DNA of 64,000 nt, taken from assembly GCA_964106915.2 (NCBI GenBank), contig OZ066920.1. One strand, 5' to 3'. Below the pieces are notes generated by a model. That model made no database searches. It was not told where the DNA came from and saw only the letters and a program-made list of their open reading frames with translations. The position numbers and the translations under genes are program-made. The stretch is from Podarcis gaigeae (Eukaryota). This document shows, piece after piece, positions 1-13,484 of this stretch (position 1 is the stretch's first letter; every line of letters begins with the position of its first letter).

Positions 1-162
1 TGATCTTTTTGTCCAATACATTAACAGATATATAGTTCATATATAGTTCATATAAGCCAGTTTTGTCATTAAAAAAAAATCACAATAGGTATTTTTTTCT
101 CAGGTGTTCTCATGTTTACTCCCAGTCTTATTTGTACCTGAATATTGAATATTATAAGCATA

Positions 163-389
163 CAGTAGTACCTCTAGTTACGAACTTAATTCATTCCAGA
201 GGTCCGTTTTTAACCTGAAACTGTTCTTAACTAGAGGCCTGCTTTCGCTAATAGGGCCTCTTGCTGCCACACAATTTCCATTCTCATCCTGGGGCAAAGT
301 TCTCAACTCGAGGTAACTCTTCCAGGTTAGTGGAGTTTGTAACCTGAAGCGTTTGTAACCTGAGGCATTTGTAACTTGAGGTACCACTG
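163..389. mobile_element. Tc1/mariner-type MITE (227 bp)
   Basis: TIRs CAGTAGTACCTC ... GAGGTACCACTG with TA on both sides; same family as 14994-15233 in opposite orientation. Confidence 0.85.
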
Positions 390-1521
390 TATAACCAAGG
401 ATTTGGCAGGTGATTATACTATGATATGTTCAATTCAGTCCTGCTCATCTATGTATGCTGATCTATCATGTGCAGTTTTCTAATCATTCTTCCCTCCTGC
501 TCCCATTTCCTTCTCAGAGTTAATTCTTTATTTGACCTTCACATGCAGTTACATTTGTGTGATTTACCCCCAACCCTGTCCAAGTGGTTCTGTCTTTCAC
601 AGGCAGCTCTTAGATGCAGGGGATTGCATAATGGAAAGTCAGCTTCCACAGGACTGTGCTTGAAAAATAATCATGCATCCTCTTTCCTCTCCATCTTTCC
701 CTCCATCAGTAATCCCATGTGTCCAGCTTCTCTTTCTTCGGTTCCCATTTGATAGTTCCTAACTTTGAGATGAGAAGTTTCCATTAAATCCAGTAAGTAG
801 AACTGCAGAGCTTTTTCAGTGAAAGCCAATAATCAGAACAAGATTAATGGAACTAAAGTGTCCAAGAACTAAGACTTGCACCCTGCCCATCATGAGGATA
901 GCTATTCATTCTAGTACCATAATAATCTGAAACTGGTGTTTTGAAACAAGAGCTGTATTGAGGGTATCAAGAAGGCGCTTTTGTTTTCACACCATTACAT
1001 TCTGAGGTAGCAGATTTGAATTTTTTAAGTCTCCATTGAAGTGGGGAAACAATTTCAATAATCTATCCCAGACACTTCCAGTTTGCTGTTGTATTACATT
1101 ATCCTCTTATGACTTTATCACTGACAGCTCTTCTTTTGGAGGCTTGGTTGTTCTCTGAAGTCAACTCAATTTGACCATCAACTCAGTCACTTCTTTGATT
1201 TATAGCTAACCAACAATATTCTCAAATGAACATATCTCACATCATGGCCACTGGGAGGTGTGACTACAATTATCTGAAATCCCACCCGTGATTCCATAGG
1301 CACCCATATCTAGAAATGTGGTAACTTTACTGTGTAGTTGGGAGGCTACAGGTATTCAGATGGCCTCTCATGAGGTATGCTTTTAAGTAGGCACCATGTA
1401 GAAGGTAAGATAATGAACACCAGTGTCTCTTCTACTTCCTGCTGAAGTTGAGACCTGAAACATCAGAAACAGAAGCCTAGCTGGATGCCGTTTGAGTTGT
1501 GGTGAAAGCTGGCGAAGCACA

Positions 1522-1780
1522 AGAATCATAGAATCATAGAATCATAGAGTTGGAAGAGACCACAAGGGCCATCGAGTCCAACCCCCTGCCAAGCAGGAAA
1601 CACCATCAGAGCACTCCTGACATATGGTTGTCAAGCCTCTGCTTAAAGACCTCCAAAGAAGGAGACTCCACCACACTCCTTGGCAGCAAATTCCACTGTC
1701 GAACAGCTCTTACTGTCAGGAAGTTCTTTCTAATGTTTAGGTGGAATCTTCTTTCTTGTAGTTTGGAACCATTGCTCCGT
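1522..1780 (-). mobile_element. Young CR1 LINE 3' end, 5'-truncated
   Basis: (ATTCTATG)n tail on minus strand; ORF2 C-terminus [30 protein letters not shown]; nearly identical to 63568-63820. Confidence 0.92.
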
Positions 1781-2019
1781 CTTCTAAATAGCATGCCTCT
1801 TGCTTGGGAGCTGCTTTCCTCCAAACAGACTCCATGCAGCTGGGGCATAATGAGTGAGCTGATCACGCAGGTCCTACCCACATAAACTGAACACACTCCT
1901 CTTGCATAAACTCAACCTACATGGCTTCTCACTTAGATCCCATCTGCATAGGGTCTACTCATAGAAAGCAGCTCCCTCATGCCTAATAATAGCTAATAAT
2001 ACTTGGATCAAGACTGGAT

Positions 2020-2635
2020 GCAGAAAGGGGACATTTTTAACAAAACAACTAAGTGAGATAAATTTAATAAGTGAGATAAATTTAAATCTCTGCATTAGTT
2101 AGGAAGAATCAGGTGCACAAATCTAGGATGGGTGATACCTGGCTTGACAGCTGTACATGTGAAAAGATTCTAGGGTTTTAGCAGATAACAAGGTAAACAT
2201 GAGCCAGTAGTGTGACACAACAGCTAAAAAGGCTAATGCAGTTCTAGTTCACATCAACATAAATACTGTGTCCAGTTTGTGAAAAGTAATGGTATATTTA
2301 TATCCTGCTTTGGTCAGACAACCTCACCCAGAGTACAGTGCCCATTTCCATGCACCACAGTTTAAGAAAAATATTGGCAAACTGGAATGTGTGCAAAAAG
2401 GGGAAACAAAAAAAATTCAAATTGCAAGAAAAAGTATTTAGACAATAGTCTAAATAGGAAGAACCTTTTGCAGACATGAGCTGCTTGAAAGTGGATCAGA
2501 CTGCATCCATTAAGTTGTGTACTCTTCTTCATTAGAAGTTCTAAACAGAGATTATCAGCAGTGGTGAATTTCTTGCATTGGCAGATGGTTGGAATAGATG
2601 ATTATTGAGGTCGCTTTCAACTCTATAATTCTAAT
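2020..2635 (+). mobile_element. Old degraded CR1 LINE fragment
   Basis: Aligns by eye with the CR1 at 62738-63820 (atgggtgatacctggcttgacag, cagctaaaaaggctaatgca, tcaactctataattcta tail); many indels. Confidence 0.8.
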
Positions 2636-4441
2636 ATGTGAAGTGAGAACACATGTGTCTCCACTATGATAAAATGCAAGAATTTCACCTGCTAGAATCA
2701 CCCATCATTCCATGATCCTTGCGCCTAGCCCTGCTTTCCATATTATACAGGAAGGAATAAATGCCACTCACACCTCAGTTTCCTTTTGTTTTGAACATGC
2801 GATGCTCCCCTCAATCCATCCTAGAATTTGGAGTGATAGTATTGCAGCAGCGGTAAATAAATTGTCTTCTTTTTCTATCATTTGCCCCCAAATATGTAAA
2901 GAAGAATTTGGCAGAGTTCTTTTGGAAGAATAAATCTGGACTCTGTACACCATGGTAATTTACCTCAGACTTTGCAGATAAAATAATAGTCACTTCAACA
3001 ATCCTGCCATGGAGTCAGTATGGATTTTTTTAAAAAAAATGTCTATATTTGGGATACAGTCAAGAATATTCAGCTTCAAGGAAGGATTAATGCCTATTGG
3101 AATAAAAAGTCCTGCAGCAGGCAGTGAAATGCCATCAGGAAGGAGGCCCAGAGGACTTTCTAGGGCAGGGAGTTCCACATCCCTTCCATGAATACCTGCC
3201 AAATATATCTCAGATAGTGGTCCCCTGTGGCAGGGAGGCACATGGCAGCATGTCCACCAGAAGTATTGTACGGTAGTTACCCCATCTAGGCAAAAATATA
3301 AATTCAGGTGGTCAGGGAACCAGTATAGCTTCACGTCATTTTATAAGGCCCCAGTCCCAAGGCCTGCTCATTTTGCCTCAGCAAGGAAGCAGGGGAGGTG
3401 GTTCTGCCAGGCTGAGGGCCTGCTCTTCACCTTTCCTCCCTCTAGCTTCTGCCACCTCAGAAACCGGACAGTTTGCCTGTTTTGCAATTACACCAGGCGC
3501 CATCGGTCTTTCTGGACCAGTGGCCACATTTTTAATTCTGAGAGAGTGCTGTGGGTGCAAGTCACAAAATGGCTGCCATGGGTGCATGGCATAATACAAA
3601 ATGGCTGCTGTGGGGAGCACGGTATACCACAAAATTAGAGTGAGCACGGTCCTGGTGAAACTTTTCCCATAACTGTATTTCCATACTAGGAAAGGCTCAA
3701 CCTCATACATCTGTTAAAGGCACAAGAACCCTGTTTTCCCCCAATGCCAACCCTAAACCAAAGCCTCGTCTGCCATCCTGCATCCATTAAGCACGTCTGA
3801 GTAGGTATGTATACCATTATACTGTAAGTTAACTATACAGTGAATTCTTAATGACTGGCAGGTCTTTAGCTCTTTCACAGAATAAGATATGTCTAAGCCT
3901 CTTTGCAAAGTGTTCACATTTGCCTTTGGGTGAGTTTTTAACATCCATCCATATTTACTGTGTAGTAATATCTAGAGAAAATAACTTCTAGGGATTACTT
4001 TATCTCAGACAAACCCACCACAGGAATGACGCATCCCAGTTTCTAGGAACAAAAATCAGGACTCTGCGCTCCAGCATTGCATATATACTGGATTTATTAT
4101 TATTATTATTTTAGCAAGGTTTAATATGAGGCCTAGTAAGGGATTGAACGTGCTTGCTTAATTGTGAGTGCAGTAGAAAAAGTACCGGTATTCAGAAAAG
4201 ATAAAATTTTCCTCAGAAGAATGGGGGAGGAGCGCTGCCAGCACTTCTAAAACATAAAGTTGCCACAGATAAACAGGAGATCAAAAAGAGTGAATATGCA
4301 TTTTCTGGAAGAGGCTCAACAGCAGAGATTAAGGTTTATCTGTCAGAAGATAATTAATTACCATATTTAGTGACAGGAAAGTTCTGGTATATTTTCTCCA
4401 GGAATAGTTTTGTATGTAGCAAAAAGCCAAGCAGTGCTTGG

Positions 4442-4622
4442 CAAGGCCGGCCCAGTACATTTTGGCACCTGAGACAGACCCCAGAATAGCACCCCCTCCC
4501 CACCAGGGAAGATGGGGTGAGTGAAAATCTATGTCAGGAACTGACATCAGGATCTGCTGCCCTGCTGGACTCTGCCGCCTAAGGTGGTCACCACACCTTC
4601 CCTCGTGGGTGGGCCGGCCCTG
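4442..4622. mobile_element. hAT-type MITE
   Basis: TIRs CAAGGCCGGCCC / GGGCCGGCCCTG; 8-bp TSD GTGCTTGG / CTGCTTGG. Confidence 0.7.
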
Positions 4623-5443
4623 CTGCTTGGCCTTTCCAAGCCATTACAAGAAACAGCTCTGTCTCTGCCAAGTCTTATGTGAGAGTCTCTCGGATCCACA
4701 CACCTCCCTGTCTTTGATCTTATCCTTTTAGAGGTTCGGAAAGTGGTAGAGGCACTCATGGTCCATAATACGGACGATTCACTTTAATCCTTGCATACGG
4801 GAGTGTTTTCTTCTGCCAGTTTACATCTTTGATTTTCCTTCTGCCCTACCCATCCCGGCAGAGAACATGAGAATCCACATGACATTTACTAATGGAAAAG
4901 CCAGAAGATTCAGCCTAAAACTAATTGCACAAATGCACTAAATAATCTATCTTAATTAATATTCAGTTAGTATGTTATTTTCATTTTTCTCGATTCAGCA
5001 GATGCTAGAATATCAGTCAAACAAGTGTATAAGTATAACTCATGATTATTCTTACTATACACACGTTATTACAAAATATCCTACAACTATATGGTACATT
5101 TCGGCCAAAGAAAAGTATTTCTGAGACCCGGTGATTTCTGGAGAAGGAACTTAAGCATGTGCTTATCTCTCCTATGGATGGTGCCCATAATATTGATGTT
5201 CCTTAAAATGCTGCATAGCATCAATTATATGTTTACATACCATAATATATACTTGGCAATGAGGTTCAGAGAGTCATTTTACTGCTGGGCAACAATATAA
5301 CAGCAAAGATAAGAAATGTAATTGAGTAAAATAATTTGTCTTGTTATAGCATGAAACACAAATACTGAAAAAACTGTGGTGTTACTAATAAATATCAAAT
5401 AAAATGCTATGTATAATAATACCCTCCAGTATTGTTTGCTCAC

Positions 5444-7846
5444 CTGGACTATGATTAATCCTTCATTGTTCAAGTTTAAATCTTCACCAGGTAGGATCGG
5501 ATCCTTTGCCTCACAAGCTTCTTTATTGCTCAGAGTATTGGAATAATTTGCCTTTCTAGAGTCTGTAGTGAGAGAAACCTCCTGGCAGTAGGAGTGCAGA
5601 AATGCCCGGACTCCGTCAATCCCCACAAACTGTGAGATAGGAGCGCCACTGAAATTCACACTCCCCGACTCAAGCAGCTGAGAATTTCGCCACCTGTGCA
5701 ACTTGATGGCCAGTAACACAAGGAGGAAAGTGAAGAACAAGCAGGAGACAAAAGCCACTGCAAGGACCAGGTAGAAAGTGAGGTCAGACGGAGGCTCTAC
5801 AGGAGCTGAGATGCTGCTCAGGTCTGAGAGGATTGCAGGGATGGTGTCAGCCAGCACCACAGTGAGAGTGGCTGAAGCAGAGAGAGGTGGCTGCCCATTG
5901 TCCTTCACTAAAACCACCAGGCTTTGCTTGAGGGCATCTTTCTCCAGAAAGAAGCGAGCTGTCCTGATCTCTCCCGTGTGGAGCCCCAGAGTGAAGAGCC
6001 CTGGCTCGGTGGCCTTGATCAGCTGGTAGGAGAGCCAGGCATTCTGGCCAGAGTCCGCATCCACGGCCACCACCTTAGTGACCAGGTAGCCAGGCTCAGA
6101 GGAGCGAGGGGCCAACTCTATCCCTGTGGAACCGTCAGTGGGAGGGGAGGGGTACAGGATTTGGGGAGCATTGTCGTTCTGGTCCAGGATGAAGAGAGTC
6201 ACTGAAACGTTGGAGCTGAGTGGTGGAGAGCCTCCGTCCTGGGCCTTTACACGGAACCGAATGTCTCGAAACTCTTCATAATCAAAGGAGGTCAGAGCAT
6301 ATATAACCCCCGTCTCAGAGTTAATGGACAGATAGGAGGAGAGGCGGGAGTCACTTCTTTGGTCATCAGTGATGGAATATGTTATTCTGGCATTTTCTTC
6401 CCAGTCAAGATCATTTGCTCTTAAGGAAGAGACCATGGCTCCTCTTTGGTTATTCTCAACAAAATAGAAAGTATAGTCGGTTTTTTCAAAGATGGGTGGG
6501 TTGTCATTTGTGTCTAAAACATGAAGTGAGATAACTGTGACTGCAGAAAGAGGGGGGACTCCATGGTCAGTAACAGTGACAGTAATATTGAAGACTGACA
6601 CCTGTTCCCTGTCAAGGGCACCATCAGTCACCAAACTGTAAAAGTTATCCATGGACTTCTTTAGCTGGAAAGGGAGGTTGCTAGGGATTGAACATGTGAT
6701 TTCCCCATTGATTCCCGAATCTCGGTCTTGGACATTTAAAATGGCAATTACCGTTTGGGATGGTGAACTTTCAAGTATGGTGTTGGTGGCAAAGTTAACT
6801 GATAATTCAGGTACATTGTCATTCAGATCTGTAACAGATATCACAACTTTTGATCTGTCACTCAGGCCTCCTCCATCTTTGGCTTGTATCTCAAATGCAT
6901 ATAAAGATGATTCCTCATAATCAAGATTCCCAATAAGGATGATTTCACCTGTTGTGGAATTTAAGACAAACATTTGGGAGTCTCTCTTTGTGATTTTTTG
7001 GAAAAAGTATTTAATGTCTCCGTTGATTCCTTCATCCATATCAGTCGCTCTCACTGTCAAAACTGTGGACCACTTGGGGATATTCTCACTGACACTCACT
7101 TCATAGAGAGGTTGGCTGAAAACTGGTGCATTGTCATTTGCATCAAGGACAGCGATGTGGATTTGTAATGTGCCAGATCTGATGGGATCACCTCCATCAG
7201 TAGCTGTGAGAAGCAAATTGTAAGCTGATTGTTCCTCTCTGTCCAGTGATTTTTCCAACACAAGTTCAGCAAGTCTGACACCATTTTCTTCTGTTTGCAC
7301 ATGCAAAGCAAAATGGCTACTGCCTGTGAGTTGGTAGCTCTGCACTGAATTTATCCCCCAATCTGGATCTTGAGCTTCAGGAAGAGGAACCTGGAATCCA
7401 GGTATAGATGCCTCACTGATTTCCAGCTCCTGTTCCCATAGAGGGAAGTGGGGAGCATTATCATTTATATCCGTAATTTCCACTTCAATTCCATAAAGCT
7501 TCAGTTTGCTTTCAACAAGAACCTGAAACTTCAACATACATTTCTCTGCCTCTCTGCAGATTTCCTCTCTATCTATTCTCTCAGATATCTGCAAATGGCC
7601 ATTGTTGGCATTCAAAGAAAAGTACTGAATCATACCTACAGGGTAAACAATGCGGAGTCCATGGTTTGGGAGCTGCTTGCCATCCATTCCCAGGTCCTTT
7701 GCAATATTCCCCACAGAAGAGCCTTTGTGCATCTCTTCTGGAATGGAGTAGTGGATCTGCCCAGAAACTGCCTTCCAAGAAAACATCATGAAAAGGCACT
7801 GGAATATTCCCTTTCTGCAATTCCACAGCCTCTGAGTTCCTTCCAT
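5444..7846 (-). CDS. PCDHGA: Protocadherin gamma-A-like variable exon (exon 1 from left)
   Basis: Signal peptide, six cadherin repeats (DxNDNAP, LDRE, DxD), TM, gammaA-type [23 protein letters not shown]; donor CAG|GTGAGC at 5444/5443. The ORF track extension to 5279 is intronic read-through. Symbol is subfamily-level only. Confidence 0.95.
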
Positions 7847-8038
7847 CTTTGCAGCAGGTTAAAGACCCTTAGATTCTGGTTCAAACGATGCTGTATCCAA
7901 CTCTTCTCTAAGGAAAATGCACTTCCATTTCTTCTTTGCACTGAAAAGCAGCTTGCTCCTTCAGATATTTTGTGCTTGTGTTTAACAGAAAGGCAACTTC
8001 GATTGGGCAGGATTTCTCATTTCTCCTCCGTTCTGGTG

Positions 8039-8073
8039 AACAGTGACACCCAGAGGATCAAGCCCAAAGTGCA
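8039..8073 (-). promoter_or_regulatory. Pcdh CSE / CTCF site (CACT core)
   Basis: Minus strand TGCACTTTGGGCTTGATCCTCTGGGTGTCACTGTT, 193 bp upstream of ATG; homologous motif precedes all nine exons. Confidence 0.85.
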
Positions 8074-10785
8074 AAAACCTCACTTTTGAAAATTAAATAA
8101 ACACCATTTCACTGTACTCGTTTATTAAAATATTATAAATATTATAAATGAAGACATAGCTAGGATAACTATGTATATTATTCTATATTCTTTATTATTT
8201 TTTTATTTCGAATTTAACCGCTAAGGATAAAAAAGAGTGACAAACTGAAAAGGAGGAGGAAAGACAAGTGTGTTTAGGGTTCCTGCCCTACCCCATTACT
8301 GGAAATTCTGGAATGAATTGAATTCTGAAATATTGAACTTTCTCAGCAATGTTGTTTGCTGGATATTCAAAAGATTCATTTTGGATGCAGAAAAAAGAAT
8401 AGTAAGCCTCTGGTACTTCCTATTTTCTTTGCTTCAGTGTAATGTTTATAGTTGTAAAGTGAGGAAACTGATATGCTGACACACAGTTCTTTCCTGCTGT
8501 TTTCCTGGGGAAACAGAGGCATCCAGAAAGGCTGACAGAGTTGTGGCACTAGCCAATGACATTCATTGTTGTGTCACACCAAATATGCTGGTGTGCATGA
8601 AATTTAGCACAACTTGCTGGTATATTAGTCAAAAACCACAGTTCCATAGCACAGCATGTACCACAGTGAAAAGAACAGGACAGAAATGCTAACATTAAAC
8701 TCAGGAAAAATAACTAATGTAATATTCCCCACAAATTTGAATGCAGCCTCTCCCCCCACCCCAATATCATAACATTGATCTACTTTTCTGGGTTATTGTA
8801 AGAATTACACAGCACTATATGTGAAGCGCCTTGAACACTCTAACACTAGGTATTACTGCACAGAGCAAAGAAGTAAAATGGCCACATTCTCTGTAATTTA
8901 TTGCCACTGCTTATCTGGAAAGGGCTGGGCTTCAGCCACGGCAAGGTTATGGCCATGCAGGTGCACCAGCCAGATTGGTTGCTGACAGAAGCATACAGAC
9001 CGAGCCACACTGCTGCCTCATCCACAGCTCCAGCTTAAGACAAACATCACTACTGTGAATGGAAAACATTCAATGGTAGCTTAGAAGCACACATGTGAAA
9101 ATTGGATGCAAACTCAGAAGAGAGCTTTATTAAAAACTAGCATGTGAGGGCTTGTTAAACAGCAGAGGTAGGTGGTTTTCAGCCATCTTCGTTGGAGAGC
9201 TTGATGTTGTGCTTCTTGTTCTACACGATTAGACTGCTAAAACTGAATTTGGCCATTAGCAGGAGGGACAAGACACTGAATTATCCACTAGATAATGCCA
9301 ACAAATGTTCTTTTAACATTAGTCTTCATCTTTCCTAATGGAATATACACTGGTGGTGAACATGACCTAGCTTTAAAGTACAACAATTACAGGATGTGCA
9401 GATGTATGTCCTGGCCAGATTGACTCTCCATAAGAAAACATTCCATGCCAAAGAGTTAAAAGGGCATCTACCATTGGTAGCTGTGACTCAAGAGTCATTT
9501 GTCACCTATATTTCAACAGTATGGAAGCATGACTGGAGATGGTATAAGTAGAAATACTAACCACACGCTCCACATCCACACATCCTTACATACAAAGTGT
9601 TCACTACAACTTTTACAACTTGTCATAATCTCTAACAATATAATGCAAATGCCAATGAAAGGAATGCCAATACTTTGGGATTGCATCCACACTGGACATC
9701 AGTAGTATATAAGAGAATACAGGACCTGGCCAGGGCAGGGGCGGGGGCGGGGGGGCAGGAGATAGTTTTGGGTTCATGATACAGTCAGGTTTGGTTTAGG
9801 GTATTTGTCAATTTAGGGACCATTTCCAATATATACGTATCTTGGAAGTTTGGGGGATATGTGCATATTATTTATTTATTTAAGTAAAATAATTCTATAG
9901 TCCCCCACCACTACCACACACACACACACACAGAGTGGTATACAACATCTCTAGAAATCATGCCAAGAGAAACTTCCTTTTGATGCCACTCTTCTACACA
10001 GGTTGTACATGAGCATTTTTCATTCTACAAACAGCATGCAGTCACAAGACCTAAGAAATGCTTGTACAACTGATAGCTTCCATCAGTGCTCCACCACTTA
10101 ATATGTTGTGCTATTCTCATCAGACCCAAATCCCAAGCTGTGTCTGTGACAGGAACACGGTATCCAAATGCTATGTAAGATTATGTGTATATACAAGAAC
10201 CAAATCAAGTTATTCTAAAACGTTTAGTGGTTAATTAATCCTTTACTCTCATTAAATAATCCAGCCCATAAACACTTCCTTCCACACACACTTCCTAAAA
10301 TTCAGTTGAAAACCTTTACCAATTACTAAGAAATTTACCAACTTATATAAAGAATATTCTGTGAAAGACTTTTTGGTATTTCTTCTTGTAAATTTCTTAA
10401 AGGACAGAATGTAAATATAACTACATATTCAATTGCATTTGTACTGCAAAGATAAGAAAATAAAAGAAATCAGCATTCTCTCCACTCAGCCATGCTGCGC
10501 CACTCTGTAATCTTAGCATGACACTGAGTTACCATGTAGATGTGCACCTAGACAATTCTGACAGAGCCTCCGCCATCCTGCTATGCTGCCCCTCAATAGC
10601 TGCTGGAAAGTCCAATTAGCTTGCTGTACAGCAGTAGCAGCTCAGTACTACTCCCTACCTACTTCCCTGATGACATGGTCTGAATTCCCTGGGATGCCAG
10701 TTTGATTACATCCACTGTTTACAATTAAACTCTCAAACAACTGATAACACCAAATTCCCTATAAGGAACATGAAATATAACTCAC

Positions 10786-13215
10786 CGTGCTGCCATTTTC
10801 CTTTTCAGAAATTAAATTGCCTCCACTGACCATCAAAGAAATGTCAGAGTTGCCATTGCAAAGGAGGTTCTCTGCTATTTGGACAGTGGGCTGCAGGAAT
10901 GTCAGCTCATTCCTCCTGGATTCAGAGGACAGACAGACCTGGTAGGAATAAGGCAAAGTTCCGTCCTCATAATTGGGTGGGAATATGGCACCAGCCTTTG
11001 AGTGGGGGTCAGGAATAAAGCACTGAAGGAAAGTGGGGTTCCTTGACCTTCGAAGCTTCATCAGAATGGTCAGTATCACGGTCACCAGGAACAGAAAGGA
11101 CACCAAGGTCAAGGCCAATACCAAATAAAACTGTAGATCAGACTGATACTCTGAGTCATTTGGTTGGGAGTTCATTTCCGGAAGAGCCTCCTGGAAGTTC
11201 TCAGCAAACACCAGACTCAAAGTTGTGGTGGCTGAGAGAGGAGGATGCCCATTGTCCTTCACCAGGATGACCAGCCTCTGCTTCACTGCATCTCTCTCAA
11301 GTAATGCTCGGACTGTGCGCACCTCTCCTGTGTGGGAGCCAATGCTGAAGAGTGAGGGCTCTGTGGCCTGCAGGAGATGGAAGGAGAGCCAGGCATTGTG
11401 TCCTGAATCAGAGTCCACGGCCACCACCTTCGTCACCAGATAACCCGACTCAGCTGACCGAGGCACCATCTCAAAGAAAGGTGAGCCCTCTGTTGATTGT
11501 GAGGGGTACAGGATCTGCGGAGCGTTATCATTTCGATCCAAAACACACACTGTCACTGTGGCACTGCTATTGAGTGGTGGAGAACCTCCATCTTGGGCCT
11601 TCACTTGAATCTGAAACTCTCTGAATTGCTCATAGTCAAAGGAGTGTTGGGCATAGATGATCCCAGTCTCAGAGTTAATGGAGACATAGGAGGAGAGAGG
11701 CAGGTCCTTGATGTTGCTGTGAAGGATGGAGTAAGTGATTCTGGCATTGCGATCCAGATCTGGGTCAGAGGCCTTGATGTGGAAAATTGAAGCTCCAGAT
11801 GGGTTGTTCTCTGGAACGTAGGCAGTGTAGGAAGATTTTTCAAAGGCTGGTGGGTTGTCATTGATATCTGAGATCTGTATTGATATGGATTTGTGTGTGG
11901 AGAGTGGAGGTGTGCCTTTGTCTGTTGCTGTGATTGTAATATTATACTCGGGAGTCCTTTCTCTGTCAAGGGCACCATCTATGAGGAGCTTGAAATAATT
12001 ATCTGAAGATGAGACTATCAGGAAAGGTACAAGTTCCTTCAGGTGACAGGTGACTTCTCCATTATCCCCAGAATCCCTGTCCTGAACTTTAATGAGAGCA
12101 ATCACAGCTCCAGATGTGACATCTTCCGGAACTAGGCTGGACACGGATGTAAGGATCACATCTGGAGCATTGTCATTCTCATCAAGAACCTCAATCTCCA
12201 CATTGCAATGTGCCACCAAGCCTCCTCCATCACTTGCCTGAATTATCATCACATATTTTTGTCTATCCTCAAAATCAACACTTTCTATGAGTGTGATTGT
12301 TCCATCTCTGTGATCCAGATGAAACTTCTGCTCAGCTGTTTCTGGGATGTCACTGAATGTATAAGTGATCTCAGCATTTGACCCTTCATCACTGTCAGAT
12401 GCTTTGACTTGAAGCACAGAGGTTCCTTTGGGTGCACTCTCCTTCAGGCTCACTTTATAGATTGTCTGGGTGAAAACAGGAGCATTGTCATTAATATCAA
12501 TAACTGAAACCAATATGTTGGCTGTTCCAGTTTTTGGAGGTTCTCCACCATCCATGGCTGTAAGGACCATGTGGTGTGTGTGTTCCTTTTCCCTGTCCAA
12601 TTGTTTCTGCAATACTAATTCTGCATATTTGGCACCATTATTATTGTTTTGGATTTCCAACTTGAAATATGGAGTTGAGCTCAATCGATAATTCTGCAGG
12701 GAATTTGTTCCAATGTCTTTATCTTCAGCATTTCCAAGAGCAAATCGAGCTCCTGGCAGACTAGACTCACTCAATTTAAGCTCAATATTTTCATTCCGGA
12801 AATGTGGGGCATTGTCGTTAATGTCCTGGATAAAAATATTTATGTGGAAAATATTCAAAGGATTGTGTGCCACAACTTCCAATTTGAGGACACAAGTAGA
12901 TGATTCCCCACAAATCTCTTCTCGGTCTATCCTCTCATTCACATACAGGTTGCCATTTTGTTCATTCAAATCAAAGAATTGCTTTTCTGAAGAAATACCA
13001 AGCTTGCGCTTTGACAGCTCTCTGAGATCCAACCCCAGATCCTTAGCAAGGTTCCCCACAAAGGAGCCCTGCTCTGCTTCCTCTGGAACTGAATATTGAA
13101 CCCGCTCAGACCCCACCTGGCAGAAGAACACAGACCAGAATATGAACAGAAACAGTACTTGCCTCTTGGTGATCTTCCTTGTTCTCTCTGCCTGCTTTAC
13201 TTCCATCACATCCAT
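10786..13215 (-). CDS. PCDHGB: Protocadherin gamma-B-like variable exon (exon 2)
   Basis: gammaB hallmarks [53 protein letters not shown]; ATG at 13215 matches the paralog start (ATG at 13206 is an alternative); donor ACG|GTGAGT at 10786/10785. Confidence 0.95.
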
Positions 13216-13450
13216 TGCCTTTCCTGATTTCTTCCTTCTTTCATTATAGTTTGCAAGACTCCCAGTACACTTATTTGAGATAGTACCAATACTGTTCTTT
13301 TGAGTTGATCTTTGGGAAACTGAGAGCTTTCCTTTTTTGAGCACCTTTTAAAATAAAAGCTTTTCCTTTCTGCTCAGCTGAAGTGTTAAGAGAGAAAGAC
13401 TGCTCTAAAAGTCTCGGAAATGCTGAGCCATGGCTGCTCCCACGTTGTCC

Positions 13451-13484
13451 AACAGTGACACTCTGAGTCCATACGGTGAACTGC
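13451..13484 (-). promoter_or_regulatory. Pcdh CSE / CTCF site (CACT core)
   Basis: Minus strand GCAGTTCACCGTATGGACTCAGAGTGTCACTGTT, 236 bp upstream of ATG. Confidence 0.8.

Noticed and set aside
1-5400. Pcdh-gamma constant exons or C-type exons
   Set aside because: No QAPPNTDWRFSQ-like coding sequence or further cadherin ORF seen; they must be outside the window.
5279-5443. Hydrophobic read-through tail of exon 1 as a second TM segment
   Set aside because: Lies beyond a consensus donor in AT-rich intron; the other exons stop within about 3-8 codons of the donor, so it is most likely chance.
9732-9760. G-quadruplex-like G runs (also 58538-58565)
   Set aside because: Isolated low-complexity tracts, not repeated at equivalent positions in paralogous units.
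13216-13344. 43-aa N-terminal extension of exon 2 in the ORF track
   Set aside because: Starts at a non-ATG codon and is not open in the paralog; the ATG at 13215 matches exon 3.
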